A stretch of 64,000 nt of DNA from Schmidtea polychroa (GCA_044892525.1 CM097885.1:45386001-45450000), one strand, 5' to 3'. Positions 1 to 13,170 are shown, numbered from the stretch's first letter. Made by a program: numbers and translations. Notes: generated from the sequence alone by a model not told the origin.

Positions 1-591
1 AGAATATCAGAAAAACAATTCAACGTTACAAATTTCAAACAATATTGCTGCAAATATGAATACATCAATATTTAGATTACCCTTGTTAATTTTAAATTAT
101 TTTATTGTTTATTAAATGTATTGATTTGTTTCACTGTCTTAATACTTTTTTATGTAGACTCTAAAATGGTCACTTCTACATGCTGATATATGCATAAACC
201 CTTGACTACATTTCTGACCTTATGAATATAATTTATTATATTGCAATTTATAAAATTTTTTTTCGGTATAAAATTGGCGATTTTCGACAACACGAAAAAA
301 TTGTTTAAAAAAATAAAATATAATTACAATGTCCAAGATGCCTGAACATACAAGGCATTTACAGGCACTGACGATGTATATTTGAAAAATGTCAAAGATT
401 TATTAATAAATAAATGTTGAAATATGGTTGCGGAATACGCTCAGGCCCGGTTTTAGGCATAGGCGACGTCGGCAGCAGCCTAGGGCGCCGATTTACAAGC
501 GGGCGCCAAATAGTTCTGCTTTTTTTATCAAGTAAATTAAATATTTTATAAACTTTCTATCTTTATATTGATATATACATATGTATGAATT

Positions 592-692
<101 letters not shown>

Positions 693-1166
693 GTAAAACA
701 TGTAATTCCATCGTTGTTTTAGTCCGATACCGATTACTTATTTCTTTTAAAATTTAAAAAAATACAACGGAAAATCGATTTAAAAAAATATTTTGCAAGT
801 TCAAAAAAGTTAACTGAAAAGCGGTTTTAAAAAAAATTTAGCATATAGCATGCTCTGAAATTTTTTTAAATTACGCAATAATTTTTAGTTTTATTTTAAA
901 AGAATAAAGTCACATGCAGTAAAGTTTTAAAAGACTAAAGTAAATGTTAAAAAAGTTAAAAAATAAATAAACAGAAAGTGAAAAACAAAATAAAATTTAA
1001 TTAGTGCAGGGCTCAAATTTTTTTTATTTAAAGTATATATAATTTCGGTCGTACTTCCAGTATAATTTTTACATATATACAACACAGTAATTTAATTTAT
1101 ATTGGATTTTTCTACACCTATTATTAAATCTATTATATTCTATTAATTTTTACTTGAGGTAGCATA

Positions 1167-3817
1167 ATGGCAGATAGAAAAAAATTATCTGGCGCACAAA
1201 ATAGAAAACGTAAAGCTGAAAAGAAAAATGAAGAAAAAAAGCAAGAAGGTGCTTTTCTGAAATATATTTGTCGTCAACAATCACAAGATAAAAATCGAAA
1301 TGAAATGACTCCGAGAAAACAAGTATACTGCAATTTGGAAGAGCAAATGGATAGGAACTCTACAACTAGAAATGCAGAGGTGCCTATTTTGACTGAGTTT
1401 CCACATACGAATGTGGAAGAAACTATAGAAGAAACTGAAGTTGAAACAATTGAAGAAACTGTTGAAGAACCTATAGAAGAAATTGTATTAGAAACTATAG
1501 AAGACACTGAAGAAATTTTAATTAATGAAACTTTGGAAATATTAGAAAGCGTAAATTCGAGTCTTGATTATAGTGATCCGGCAACTTGGTTAAATTCACA
1601 TGACTTACGTTCTGGCCGTTTGAGGCAAATTTTGGTTGAACACGGACCAGAACAAATTGAAGAATTTGATTTTCCTCAAAATGAGAGCCATAGAAAATTT
1701 TCAATGAATTTTTATAGAAGGAGACTTGCAAATGGAGAAGAAATGCGGCGTCATTGGCTACAGTATTCCAAAACAACTAATTCGGCTTTCTGCTTTTGTT
1801 GCAAAATTTTTAATAATAACCAGCGTGTAATACATCTCTCCGATAAAGGATCAAGCGATTGGAAAAATATGTCTGTAATTTTAGAAAGACATGAGAAAAA
1901 TAAGGATCATTTAATTAATTTTCAAACTTGGAAGGAGCTAGAATTGCGTTTAAAAAAGAATAAAACTATTGACCAGGATAATTTGCGTCTCATAAAACAA
2001 GAAGAGAGACACTGGCAACAAGTCTTAGAGCGTCTTATAGGTCTAGTTAAAGTGCTTGCTACGCAAAATATTGCATTTCGCGGAAGCAATGAAAAATTGT
2101 ATTCTCCTGGAAATGGAAACTTCCTTAGCTTTGTAGAATATTTGGCCTCTTTTGATCCAATTATGGGTGAGCATCTTCGCAGAATAAAGAACAATGAAAC
2201 ACAAGTTCATTATTTGGGAAAAGATATTCAGAATGAGTTAATACAACTTTTATCTAAGAGTATTAAAACAAAAATTTTAAAATCGATTTCCATGGCTAAA
2301 TATTTTTCAATAATCCTGGATTGCACACCAGACGTTAGCCATACTGAACAAATGACGTTGATTATTCGTTTTGTCCATACAAATACAGAAAATTGTGATT
2401 TAGATCCCATATGCATAAGAGAACATTTTTTGGGATTTGTGAAACTAACAGATACAACTGGTGCTGGTATGACCGATGAAATCGTTCAGATGTTAGCAGA
2501 TATGTCATTACCTATTGAGAACTTGCGTGGCCAAGGATACGATAATGGTAGCAATATGAAAGGCAAAGAAAATGGCGTGCAACGGCGAATTCTGAATCTA
2601 AATCCACGAGCACTATTTGTTCCTTGTTCTGCGCATTCTTTGAATCTGGTTGTTAATGACGCTGTAAGCTGTTGTTTAGATGCTACATCATTTTTTATGT
2701 TAGTGCAACGAATATATGTCTATTTTGCCGCTTCAACACGTCGATGGGAAGTTTTAAAACGTCATGCTTCAAACTTGACAGTGAAGCCATTGAGCGATAC
2801 AAGATGGGAGAGCCGAATCGATGCCCTTAAACCTCTACGCTATCAGCTAAGTAAAGTTATTGCTGCACTTATTGATATTTTTCAAGATACTTCTCAAACA
2901 GGAGTTTCTGGTAATACTTCACGTATAGAAGCACAGGGCCTTGCTAAAGCTATTTCGAATTTCGAGTTTGTAGTTTCTGTTATTATCTGGTATGATATTC
3001 TTTTCAACATAAATATTACAAGCAAACAACTTCAATCTGAGAAAATTAATATTCAAGATGCTATGAAGCTACTAGAAGATACCAAAAATTTCTATTCAAC
3101 TCCCGAAATGATGAAGGTTTTGAAAGAATATTGGTAGATGCGCGAGAACTTGCTGAAGAATCAGAAATTTCCCCAATCTTTAAACAAACTCAGCGTATCA
3201 GAAAACAAAAAAAACAGTTCGAATATGAAGCCAACGATGAGCCCATTCAGAACCCAAAAGAAAAATTTAAGATCAGCTTTTACTTCGCAGTTTTGGATAG
3301 AGCTTAAAAATCTGTTGAGCAAAGATTCACCCAAATGTCAACGATAAATTCAACATTTGGATTTCTATACAACATACATAATTTGCAATATATTTCGTCA
3401 AAGAAAATATTAGAGGATTGTCTTAAACTTGAAAATTTTTTACGGCACGATGATTCTAAAGATATTGATGGTACAGATTTATTGAACGAATTGATATTTA
3501 TAGCTAGACATATTCCAAAAAACTTATTGCCGGAAGATGTACTTAATTATATTTGTAAAAATAATATAGTGGACAGCGTTCCAAATATATTTGTTGCTTT
3601 GCGAATTTTATTAACCCTACCAGTTTCTGTGGCAAGCGGTGAACGAAGCTTTTCGAAGCTTAAACAGATCAAAACATATATAAGATCTACAATGTCACAA
3701 GAACGGCTTGTGGGATTAGCAATATTGTCGATTGAACACGAAATGGCGCGTGATATAGATACGAAGTTGCTGCTTGAAGATTTCGCTAAACTAAAAGCAC
3801 GAAAAATTAAATTTTAA
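1167..3817 (+). pseudogene. hAT transposase, disrupted by a frameshift and a nonsense codon
   Basis: TTF-type Zn finger (AFCFCCKIF), DUF4371-like region (QNIAFRG...GNF...QNELI; ILDCTPD), GYDNGSNM, CSAHSLNL, TRW, and C-terminal dimerisation motif (TLPVSVASGERSFSKLK). Frameshift in the A-run near 3084-3088; the alternative frame reads FLFNSRNDEGFERIL... and contains an in-frame TAA at 3305-3307 before joining ORF 3335-3817. Confidence 0.92.
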
Positions 3818-5942
3818 ATGGTTTTTGTTTTTATATATATTTTTGTGTAATAAATAAATGAAGTATAGTTATTTTATTTTCATTTACTTCTTTAATTATT
3901 GGGTTTGTTTCTAGACTAGAGGCGCCATTTTTTTAGTTTGCCTAGGGCGCCAAATACTCTAGCGTCGGGCCTGAATACGCTATATAATGAGAAACATAAA
4001 CCAAAGTAAATATCATTTCTGTCAAAATATAATTTATAATAACAATAATAATAATAATTGATAATTTTTGCAATTCAGTTACATTTACTTGAATTTTATT
4101 TGACAGTCGAACTGGATAATTTACGAGAGAAAACTGCAAATGAATTCATTACCAACAGCAATGCTGAATAAGAAATCCCTTTTAAAAAATAAAATCCCAA
4201 ACATAATTTAAAATCGTTTATCGCTGACCAATGTCGTATTTTTTGGTGAAAAAACATACTTAGACTGTCATCAATTCAGTTTCGTCTGACATGGATGACT
4301 AAATATATATATATGGCGAGAAAATTAATTACACGTCTAGGCGGTCAGCATCAGAAGGTTATTTGGGAATAGGATTTGTTGGAAAAATCTAACAGGCATC
4401 ATTTGGTGCTCCATTACCGATGATTGATCCACGACAGCTTCAATCAAACTAATTTCGCTGGTCACACCGACATTTGAAAAAAGGGTCATAAACTACGGCT
4501 TCGAATGGAAATGTCACATCAGAAATTTTTCTTTGAAAATTCTCAGTGTATAAATGTTAGAAATTACAGAATTCTACACACCTGCAATGACAGTTGACAA
4601 ATTGCCCATGATTGTTCGGGCTGTCTCGAAATTGATGATATTGACCACTAATTTCATGTTCATTTTTTCCCTGTTCGTTCGAGTTAAAAATATACGAAAT
4701 ACCAAATTATAAGTTTGTAAATTCAGTTTTTATCATAAAAATTTCCAATAAAAAAATAATCGATATTAATGTTTTTGTTTAAATATAGTAAATATTTTCA
4801 ACAAATTTTATTTATAAAAGTTGTATATACTTTTAACATTTATTATTTTGTAGTTTTTCTTTGTTTATTAAGTAATAACATTTTAAAATTGTATTTTTTG
4901 TTTGTAATAATCAGAAAAAAAAAGAGAAAAAATAATAAAGTTATTAATTAGCAATATAAATTGAAAATGAAAATCGATCTAAGGTGAAAAAAATAAATAA
5001 TTTTACTGAAATGTCTTTCAAATAGTGCGATAAATCGAAATGAACAAATATTAATTATATAAACAAATATATATTGCAGTTGTATTACATATCAAAAATA
5101 ATTCTAATACATTACATATTTGCCGTTTTTTTATTATTTGCATTGATTTAAAAAATTAAAATATAATTTATTAAAAACTTATATAACACGCACAGAAAGA
5201 CAACAGAAAAATCAAATCAAATATAGTTATATATAAATTCTGAATGAAATAAATGGCAATTTAAATGAATAAAAAACATCTTTCTATTTGTTTTTATTCA
5301 TTAATTTAAAAATTGCATATTAATAAATTCTGAAAAATTTACATAAATTGATTTTCGATTGGCAAAATTCTGATTTAAAGCAGTTATTGAAATTTTATGT
5401 ATTTTATTAAATTATAATAATTTATATTTTATTATAAGAACTTGTTTTCCAAATTCATCACTGATTAAGTTTCCATTGTTTTTATTATTTATAATTTACA
5501 AAATAATATTAATTATTTATTATTTATTAATAAATTCATACTAATAAATGATCTACAACTACAATAACTTTATAAAAATTAAAATTTCAAGTATTTTGTT
5601 TAATTTCATTTTCTAATTTTTTTTGTTTCGATTGGAAAATTAGCATTCCTAGACAATCATGGAAACGAGTAAATATTTTAATTAATGTCTTACTTTTCAA
5701 TTTATATGATAATCATAAATTTAGATAAAATTTCTGATTTTTTTCAATCTTTCACAAAAGAATAAAATAAATAAAAAGTTAAAAATATATAAAATATGAC
5801 TCAATCTCGTTTAATATAATACGTAATCTAGATGCGGTGAACCTAGTGTTTTGGATCTTGTGAAAATAAAATGAATTTGACAGTAACGTTGACTTTCCTT
5901 GTCATTATTAATTTTGTAATTAAGCGCTTTTTAACAATCTTT

Positions 5943-6047
<105 letters not shown>

Positions 6048-6142
6048 CGCCATTCGTACATCTTTTCACTATATATTTGGATAGCGTCTATATCATCATT
6101 AGGTTACCTACATTCACGACGGATGAATAACTATACTACATT

Positions 6143-6178
<36 letters not shown>

Positions 6179-6304
6179 TTTTAAAAATAATTTTCAATAA
6201 TCAATTATATTTAAACTTTTAAAATTAATTAAAAATATTATTTTAATTATTTTTTTGAATTATTTAACATAACTCTTATTAATATAAATCAACATACAAA
6301 AACT

Positions 6305-6520
6305 TAATTAAAAACATTCAACACACACGTTTTCACTTCATTCTGCACATTGATTTTAGGATTAAAAGTTCTTCACATATTACACGCTCAAAACAATTAT
6401 CAAAATTTTTTAATAAGATTTTAAATTAAGACATTCCAAATTCTCTCATACAGATTTTAGTATGATTCGTGACTCCCTTCGGTCGACAGCGTTCTTGAAC
6501 TCGAGTACAGAGACGACGGG
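6305..6520 (-). pseudogene. Penelope-like element GIY-YIG endonuclease, 3' part (split by the Polinton)
   Basis: Minus strand reads RRLCTRVQERCRPK...FGMS*FKILLKNFDNCFERVICEE...NPKINVQNEVKTCVLNVF. Homologous to the remnant at 36736-36978. Confidence 0.8.
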
Positions 6521-6556
6521 TGTAGGGTATTGTGTGGACCCGGAAACAAAGACATA

Positions 6557-6576
6557 TGACGTCATCGATGACGTCA
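6557..6576. promoter_or_regulatory. 20-bp perfect palindrome of two CRE/ATF sites (TGACGTCA-TCGA-TGACGTCA) near the Polinton terminus
   Basis: TGACGTCATCGATGACGTCA is self-complementary and is mirrored at ~22498-22517. Function is inferred. Confidence 0.6.
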
Positions 6577-6644
6577 CAAAGACATATTACGTCATACCCC
6601 CGGGGTTTTTTTTTTTTTTTAAATTTTTTTTTAAATTTTTTTTT

Positions 6645-6780
6645 TAAATTTATATTACGTTGCGGTATTTTAAAATTTATATTACGTTGCGGTATTTTAA
6701 AATTTATATTACATTGCGGTATTTTAAAAATATATTACGTTGCGGTATTTTAAAAATATATTACGTTGCGGTATTTTAAA
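6645..6780. repeat. 27-bp tandem repeat (TTTAAAATTTATATTACGTTGCGGTAT) in the TIR
   Basis: About 5 copies on the left and about 6 in the right TIR (~22215-22378). Confidence 0.9.
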
Positions 6781-7056
6781 AACTTATTTTGATGTTTAAA
6801 TAAAATAAAATTATTACACACAATACTCAGACAAAATATTCTGTTCCCCTATGGTCACACACACACACATACACAATGTATAAAAATATTATTTACACAC
6901 ACGCAACAAGTTAGTGTTCTCATCGATATATTATTAATCTATATACTCCGAGTTTATCCGACAAAATATTCTGTCCCCCTATGGGTACTGCTAACAAGGG
7001 TACTGGTCGCGCTCAACAACTCGCAAGGGTATTATTAAACAATGTAATAAAACATA

Positions 7057-7123
<67 letters not shown>

Positions 7124-7333
7124 TCTATCACAAAACATAGTTAACAAAAAACATAGTCGAATATTATAAAATTTATAGTATTGTGTTAGCACACACTCGT
7201 TATAATAATTAGCAATATAGTTTTTATGGTGTATCAAATCAAAACCTTTCTTTTACATTTATAGTCTATCAACCAATCAAAATCATATGGTAATAGTATA
7301 AATAAAAACATTATATTTTAAATTATTTTAGAA

Positions 7334-7871
7334 ATGTCGCAACCAAATTTTATGGAAAATGTTCTAAACGGAATTGTCACCGCGAATATAGTCGACAGCC
7401 TCAATTTCCTGATCAATCGAACCGAACAAATCATTGAAGGTGAACATATCGATTATCAGCAGATGATGGAGACGGAATCCCTGGAAACCAAGAAGTATTA
7501 CTTCAATAGAATATTTCAGTGTCTTTTCGATGAAGACATGAAATGGACAAGGATAATTGTAGGATTCACCTACATGAAGATAATCATTGCAAAAGGTCAA
7601 CCTGATTCAGAACATTATTATCATTGGTCTTTAGAAGTAAGATTTCTTTTATAATCTATATTTTAATAATATTCATTTCTAGATAATCAAGTCCAAGTTT
7701 ACCCCATGGATAGAAGCCAATGGCGGATGGGGTGTATTAAATAAACTGGCCTGCAATTTTAAAGAAACTGATGAAATCAAAAGAAAAATGAAAAACTATA
7801 TAAAACTTACAACTGGAGTTGTTATAATGTATATTTTCTGTAGATATATGAATAAAAATTATTGTTTTTAA
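7334..7871 (+). CDS. Bcl-2-family protein, 2 exons (7334-7636, 7683-7871), 163 aa, inside the left TIR
   Basis: BH1-like LFDEDMKWTRIIVGFTY. A 46-nt phase-0 GTAAG...TTTCTAG intron (7637-7682) joins exon 2: IIKSKFTPWIEANGGWGVL (BH2 WIxxxGGW) ...KLTTGVVIMYIFCRYMNKNYCF* (hydrophobic tail anchor). Confidence 0.85.
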
Positions 7872-8057
7872 TAGTATATTTAAATGAAAATAATTCAATT
7901 TTAAAATTTATTAACACACTGGGTAAAGGTCATAAAGGTAACTAACAAAACTTTAACATATTATTATTATTACAATGTATAAAAATTGTTCACAAAGTTA
8001 CTGTTAAAAATAATCAAGACAATAAAATCAATACATTTATTAAATAATTTAAACACA

Positions 8058-11000
8058 TCATCGAAAATAATCATGTCCAAAATAATTATCATCTGCTGGA
8101 TCATGGAAATCATCTGTATCATGGAAATCATCTGTATCATCTGCTGAGATAGCTTCCGTTGAACCTATAAATATATCGGTGTCACCGCCCCTATAATGGC
8201 CATATGCCAAACTTTGATTTTTATCCACCCAATTTCGTTTATCATCTCTACATGTCAAGGCTCTTTTATTATTTTTAATACTAAAAAGTTGGTGATTTTT
8301 TGACGTTATTCTAAACTGAGGGACTGTGTATATTTTATCATTTAAATAACAATCTAGATACGACTGATGTGTTAGTCCAGTATCTTTCATACTTATCCCC
8401 TTAGCCTTCATACTTTCCTCATCACCCATCAAGCTGTAACATTTAGGTCTCAAGAACACCCAATCTTTATATAATAACCCTTTATTCTCGTCTTTGAATT
8501 TGCCAATGACAGAATCAAGGTTCCTACTATATAAAGGATGATTTGGGTCATAATTCGAAGTATCTAATAATTGATCTCTAATCATCGCAGGTAAAAGAAT
8601 GTCAAGACTACAATGTTTAATTTCCAAGAAGAAGGAATCTGTGTCTCCAGCAACGATATTAATTTCGCAGTTGAATTCGTCGCGATATTTTTGCAACTCT
8701 TCATACTGCAGCTGGTACATCCTGAGTTTGGATAAATCAAGTACGGTTTGACCAATGTAACTAGGTCTATTCAAACACACTATGTCCTTCCTCAATAAAA
8801 CCGAAATCAAGTCATCATCGATTTTCGTGGATTTACGAAAAGTCGGTTTCGAACAGAATGTTAATAATCTCTGTGAAGAATTACACAGACGTAAATTAAT
8901 ACGTTTTTTAAGATTTTCAACAGTCTTGCCGTAAAGACTGTTGTTTAATAATTTATAAAAATTTTTATCGAGTTTATTTGTCGACGCTGCTCGTAACGCC
9001 GTATTTGTGTTAATATAATTTTTGAAAATTTTATCTTGTTTAAATTTAATAGCTCTATGTGTTTTTGATATTTTAACACCTAATTTAATAAATATTTGTA
9101 GAAGCCTCCAATGAAGAACGTAGTTCCTCTTGGGGCTATGTGTAAGCAACAGCTTCTCTATTTTCGAACCCGGTACACACATCTTTTCAGCGGCAACGGG
9201 AAGATCGTCCAGTTTGTCGTGAATTGACGTCGGTATTTCTAAATCCACTTCTATGGTATAACCATAATCAAGCAGATCTAAATCTACCGTTGTGCATTCA
9301 ACAATTATATTATTTAATAAATTATCATCAGTAACCCATTCAAAGTCACTGCAAGGTAATGGTTGACTTAAAGCCCAACCGTATAAATTATTTATATCTA
9401 TGTAAAGCAAAGCGGTATCCGGGTCTGTTTTTACATAATGTTTATTTACAAAAGTTAGTCCGCCACGGATACCGCCCTCGAAAAAGTTATACATCTCCAT
9501 ATCGGTGAGGAGCTCAATTGGAGAGTTTAAAGTTAATAAGGCTGAATTCCAAGACATACCTGGAATCCCTAAGAAATTTAATGGCTCTAGTCGGTTATGA
9601 GCAATGGACTTAGCTCTAAATTGCTGGAAAAAATCGGCTAAAAGGAAAACATCAAGTTTTAAATAAACCATCATGTAATCGAAAAGTGAAGTACATGAAG
9701 TTTCAACCCAAATTCGCTGAGCTGTCTCATATTCAGCAGGAGTCACATCTTTCCAAATAGGTGGTAACTGATGAGTGTTATGTAAAACCTCTAATGAAGT
9801 TGCGACATCATAAGGAAAAATTCCCTTTGCAGTTATTATTGTACCCTGAAATTCTGATTCGGTCAAGGGTAAAGATGATAAAGTTTTGACAGCATTATTT
9901 AAAGACTCGCTGACAAATTGATAAGAGTCTATAAATTTAACAGTTAATGAGTCAATCCTAGCAAAAAGACTAAGGAATTTCTCGCTGGTTAAAGGAATAC
10001 AACTAATATTCCATGAATGATATTTTGAAAGGCCAAATTTCAAGATATGATGCAGATCATAACCCTTTAAATTATGAAATACTACAGGAAGGGTATGTCT
10101 AATTTGCCTCGACAGATTACAAGTTGTACAAGCGGCACCAAGATATAGACCGGTAAAATGATCATGGTCCCTAACTGGACTAACTAAAGGCTTATTGCAC
10201 AAATAACATGATGTGCTGTTTTCAAACATTAATTGTTGCTCATCTGTAATTATCATTTTCTTTTGATAATTTTTATAATAATAAGGAGTTACAATATATT
10301 TCCCTATCATTTCAATTTCAGTAAGAAATTGATCGACACAATCTAAACCGGTGAACGACTTATAAATTTTTACGCCCGTGAAATTATTAATAAAAAGCAT
10401 ACCGGCAGAAATAGGCAGATGACGTTGAAAGTAACGAGTGTCTTTAGGTAAGATAGCCTCAAAGTCAGCGTAAATAACAAAGGGAGGAGTAACTGTTTTA
10501 CTCCAATCAGTAAATTCTAAATATTTATTTTTAGGCAATGTGTACAAGGTAGTACCAAGCTGATTTTTATCGCAAAGACCCTTATGTCTATTAAAAGCGT
10601 CATCATTCCTAAAACCGTTTAAACATCTAGGGCACCACTGACTACAAATCCTAACAGGAGTGATTGAACTATTCCTACAATTAAGAAATCTATTTAGGTC
10701 TGTGATTCCAAGATAATGATAATTATCATTCTTTTCAATTAATAATAAATTGATAGGTATGGCTCCTACTATCTTACTCCTATATATTATATCAATAAAG
10801 GGATGTTTCATAACTGCATCTTCATCGGAAATGTCAATCAAAGCCTTTTCGTTATAAGTAAGAACATTAATACTATAACCCGGATTTTGTTGTTCAAATT
10901 TACTTATATTTGATAGTTTCATCGGCATATCATTAGGATCAAATTTAATTTCAGAAAGATTGTAGGAATTAGGGCGATTTCTATATTGCCTATTTATACT

Positions 11001-12786
11001 ATCATATTTAATAATTGACAAGAAACTATACAAAAAGCAGAAGTGGTCATTATTAACTACATTAACGAGACAGCTTAAGTTTCTTAAAGATTTTGGGGTT
11101 TCAATAAAACTTCTACCACTTAACCGACTTATTTCAGCAAATTTAGTCAGAACAAAGCTTATGTATTCTATTTTATTGATAGTCCAATTACTACCTTTCT
11201 CATTAATTTTAATTATTTTTTCATTTAAACGAGCAATACCTTCGTCAATGAATGTATCGCTCCAAACTCGGGCGGAATTCGAGATTACAAAAGATTGTAA
11301 CTCATCATCTTTTATAAATTCCACCTTTAGACAAAATTGAATTTTACATGATTTTAATTTATTTACATATAAATTTAATTTATTTATTAAAATGTCTGGT
11401 ACAGAGACCGTTTTTAAATCTAAAGACGAAACGTCCATTTTTAATATAATATGATTATTATTTAAATCACTGGTGACATCTACGACACCATAACCTATTT
11501 GATTAATATTATTATTACCATTATTATAATAAATATTACTACTACTATTATTATCAATTTCATCATCACTTATGTTGATTATTTCATCATCATCACTTAT
11601 GTTGATTATTTCAATAACTTTAGATTTTTTACTTGGTATTGAATTGATTTTTTCATTATTTTTTCTTTTATTCATATTAATTAGATTATTTATTTGATCA
11701 TTTAATTTATTTACTTGATCTTTTAGTTTAGTTATTTCGTTTATATCATTATTATTGGTGTTGTTAGTATTATTGTTGGTGATATTATTATCATTATTGT
11801 TGATATTATTATTGGTGTTGATATTATTAGTGTTGATATTATTAGTGTTGTTGTTGATATTATTAGTGTTGTTGATATTATTATTATTAGTGTTGTTGAT
11901 ATTATTATTATTAATATTATTAACAAACGATTCATATAAGCTATAGAAAAGAGACTTCTTAGAAGGTTTAAATTGTTGGAGATGGAGTCTATGCTTATTA
12001 TAAAATTCCTTATACGTTATAACTTCAATAACCTCACATTTAGGGCATAGGATGTAGGTGACACCGTTATATTTATGACTATAATATCTTTCCATTATAT
12101 CATCGCAGTCATTATGATATTGACTATTACAAAAGTTTTGGTATTTCAAACCTATGAAAATATTTTTATCATAAAATGTTTAAAAAATAATAAGATAATA
12201 ATCATTTTTAAAGTTTAAGATATTTTTCGTAAGATATTATTCAAAATTGACTTTTAAATAGTATCTTATAAAAAATAATATATAATTTAATTCATTTTCA
12301 TAAATAAATAATTCATTTTCAAAAATAGATTTTCATAAATAATATATAAAAGTTATTAATTATAATGTTCAAAATCATCATATTTCATAAATCTTCTAAT
12401 AATCATTTTTAAAGTTTAAGATATTTTTCGTAAGATATTATTCAAAATTGACTTTTAAATAGTATCTTATAAAAAATATTATAAAATATATAATTTAATT
12501 CGTTTTCATAAATAAATAATATATATAAAAGTTATTAATTATAATGTTCAAAATCATCATATTTCATAAATCTTCTTTTCATAAATCATCATAAATAAAT
12601 AAATCTTCTTTTCATGAATAAATCTTTTCATAAATCTTCCTTTCAAAATCAACATAAATAAATAAGTAAATCTTCTTTTCATGAATAAATCTTCTTTTCA
12701 TAAATCTTCCTTTCAAAATCATCATAAATAAATAAGTAAATCTTCTTTTCATGAATAAATCTTCTTTTCATAAGTTTCTTCTTTTA

Positions 12787-12843
<57 letters not shown>

Positions 12844-13170
12844 ATATTTTAAAAAACTTAAAAACTTATAACAATAAATAAATACTTACATTTTCGTCCT
12901 TTCGAAAGAAATTTTCCAGCATCAGCAGCAGCAGAAGTATTTATTACATTTCCATCTAAAAGCATAATAAAAATAATAATGATAATAAGAGTAAACTATT
13001 ACCATTTATTCTATTCATGTCTACAGCTTGTCCGTCGATATTCATTTTAATTTGTTGATTAGTACCTAATAATCATATTAAAAATAATAAAATAATAAAA
13101 TAATAAATTTACCATTAATTCCTCCAACGATCTTTCCGTCAACTCTTTGAATATTGTTGTTGTTGTTCAT
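8058..13170 (-). CDS. Protein-primed family B DNA polymerase (pPolB); predicted exons 13170-13113, 13065-13003, 12955-12890, 12151-8058 (~1426 aa)
   Basis: Exo motifs IYADFE, FHNLKGYD and FIDS. Pol motifs YIDINNLYG, KLLNNSLYGK, GDTDS and KAKG. Endonuclease-VII-like Zn insertion CYLC...DHDH...CTTCN. The main ORF lacks an ATG and begins at a CATAG acceptor; three upstream GT-AG, phase-1 exons join in frame. The 5' exon model is inference. Confidence 0.95.
12152..12889. repeat. Repeat-filled predicted pPolB intron (duplicated ~195-bp block, ~62-bp tandem units, (TTA)n)
   Basis: Duplicated AATCATTTTTAAAGTTTAAGATATTTTTCGTAAG... blocks at ~12200 and ~12400; AAATCTTCTTTTCAT units at 12570-12775. 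Confidence 0.75.

Larger units (their letters stand above)
6521..7918 (+). repeat. Polinton left terminal inverted repeat (~1.4 kb)
   Basis: Reverse-complement match to 21082-22553 until TTAACACA at 7918. Contains 27-bp tandem repeats, (TTA)n and a gene. Confidence 0.95.

Noticed and set aside
3138..3347. 69-aa ORF following the hAT ORF
   Set aside because: Wrong-frame by-product of the frameshift; the transposase continues in another frame.
4100..4700. GC-richer island that looks like decayed coding sequence
   Set aside because: No open frame or recognisable motif found by eye.
6645..6780. Regular 27-bp repeats (also the 42-bp repeats at ~29850) as a possible CRISPR array
   Set aside because: Head-to-tail repeats with no unique spacers, no cas genes, eukaryotic context.
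7287..7331. ATG|GTAATA...TTTTAG as an extra coding first exon of the Bcl-2 gene
   Set aside because: Splicing puts this ATG out of frame with the ORF. At most it is a 5'-UTR intron or uORF, and the segment also contains the likely TATA box.
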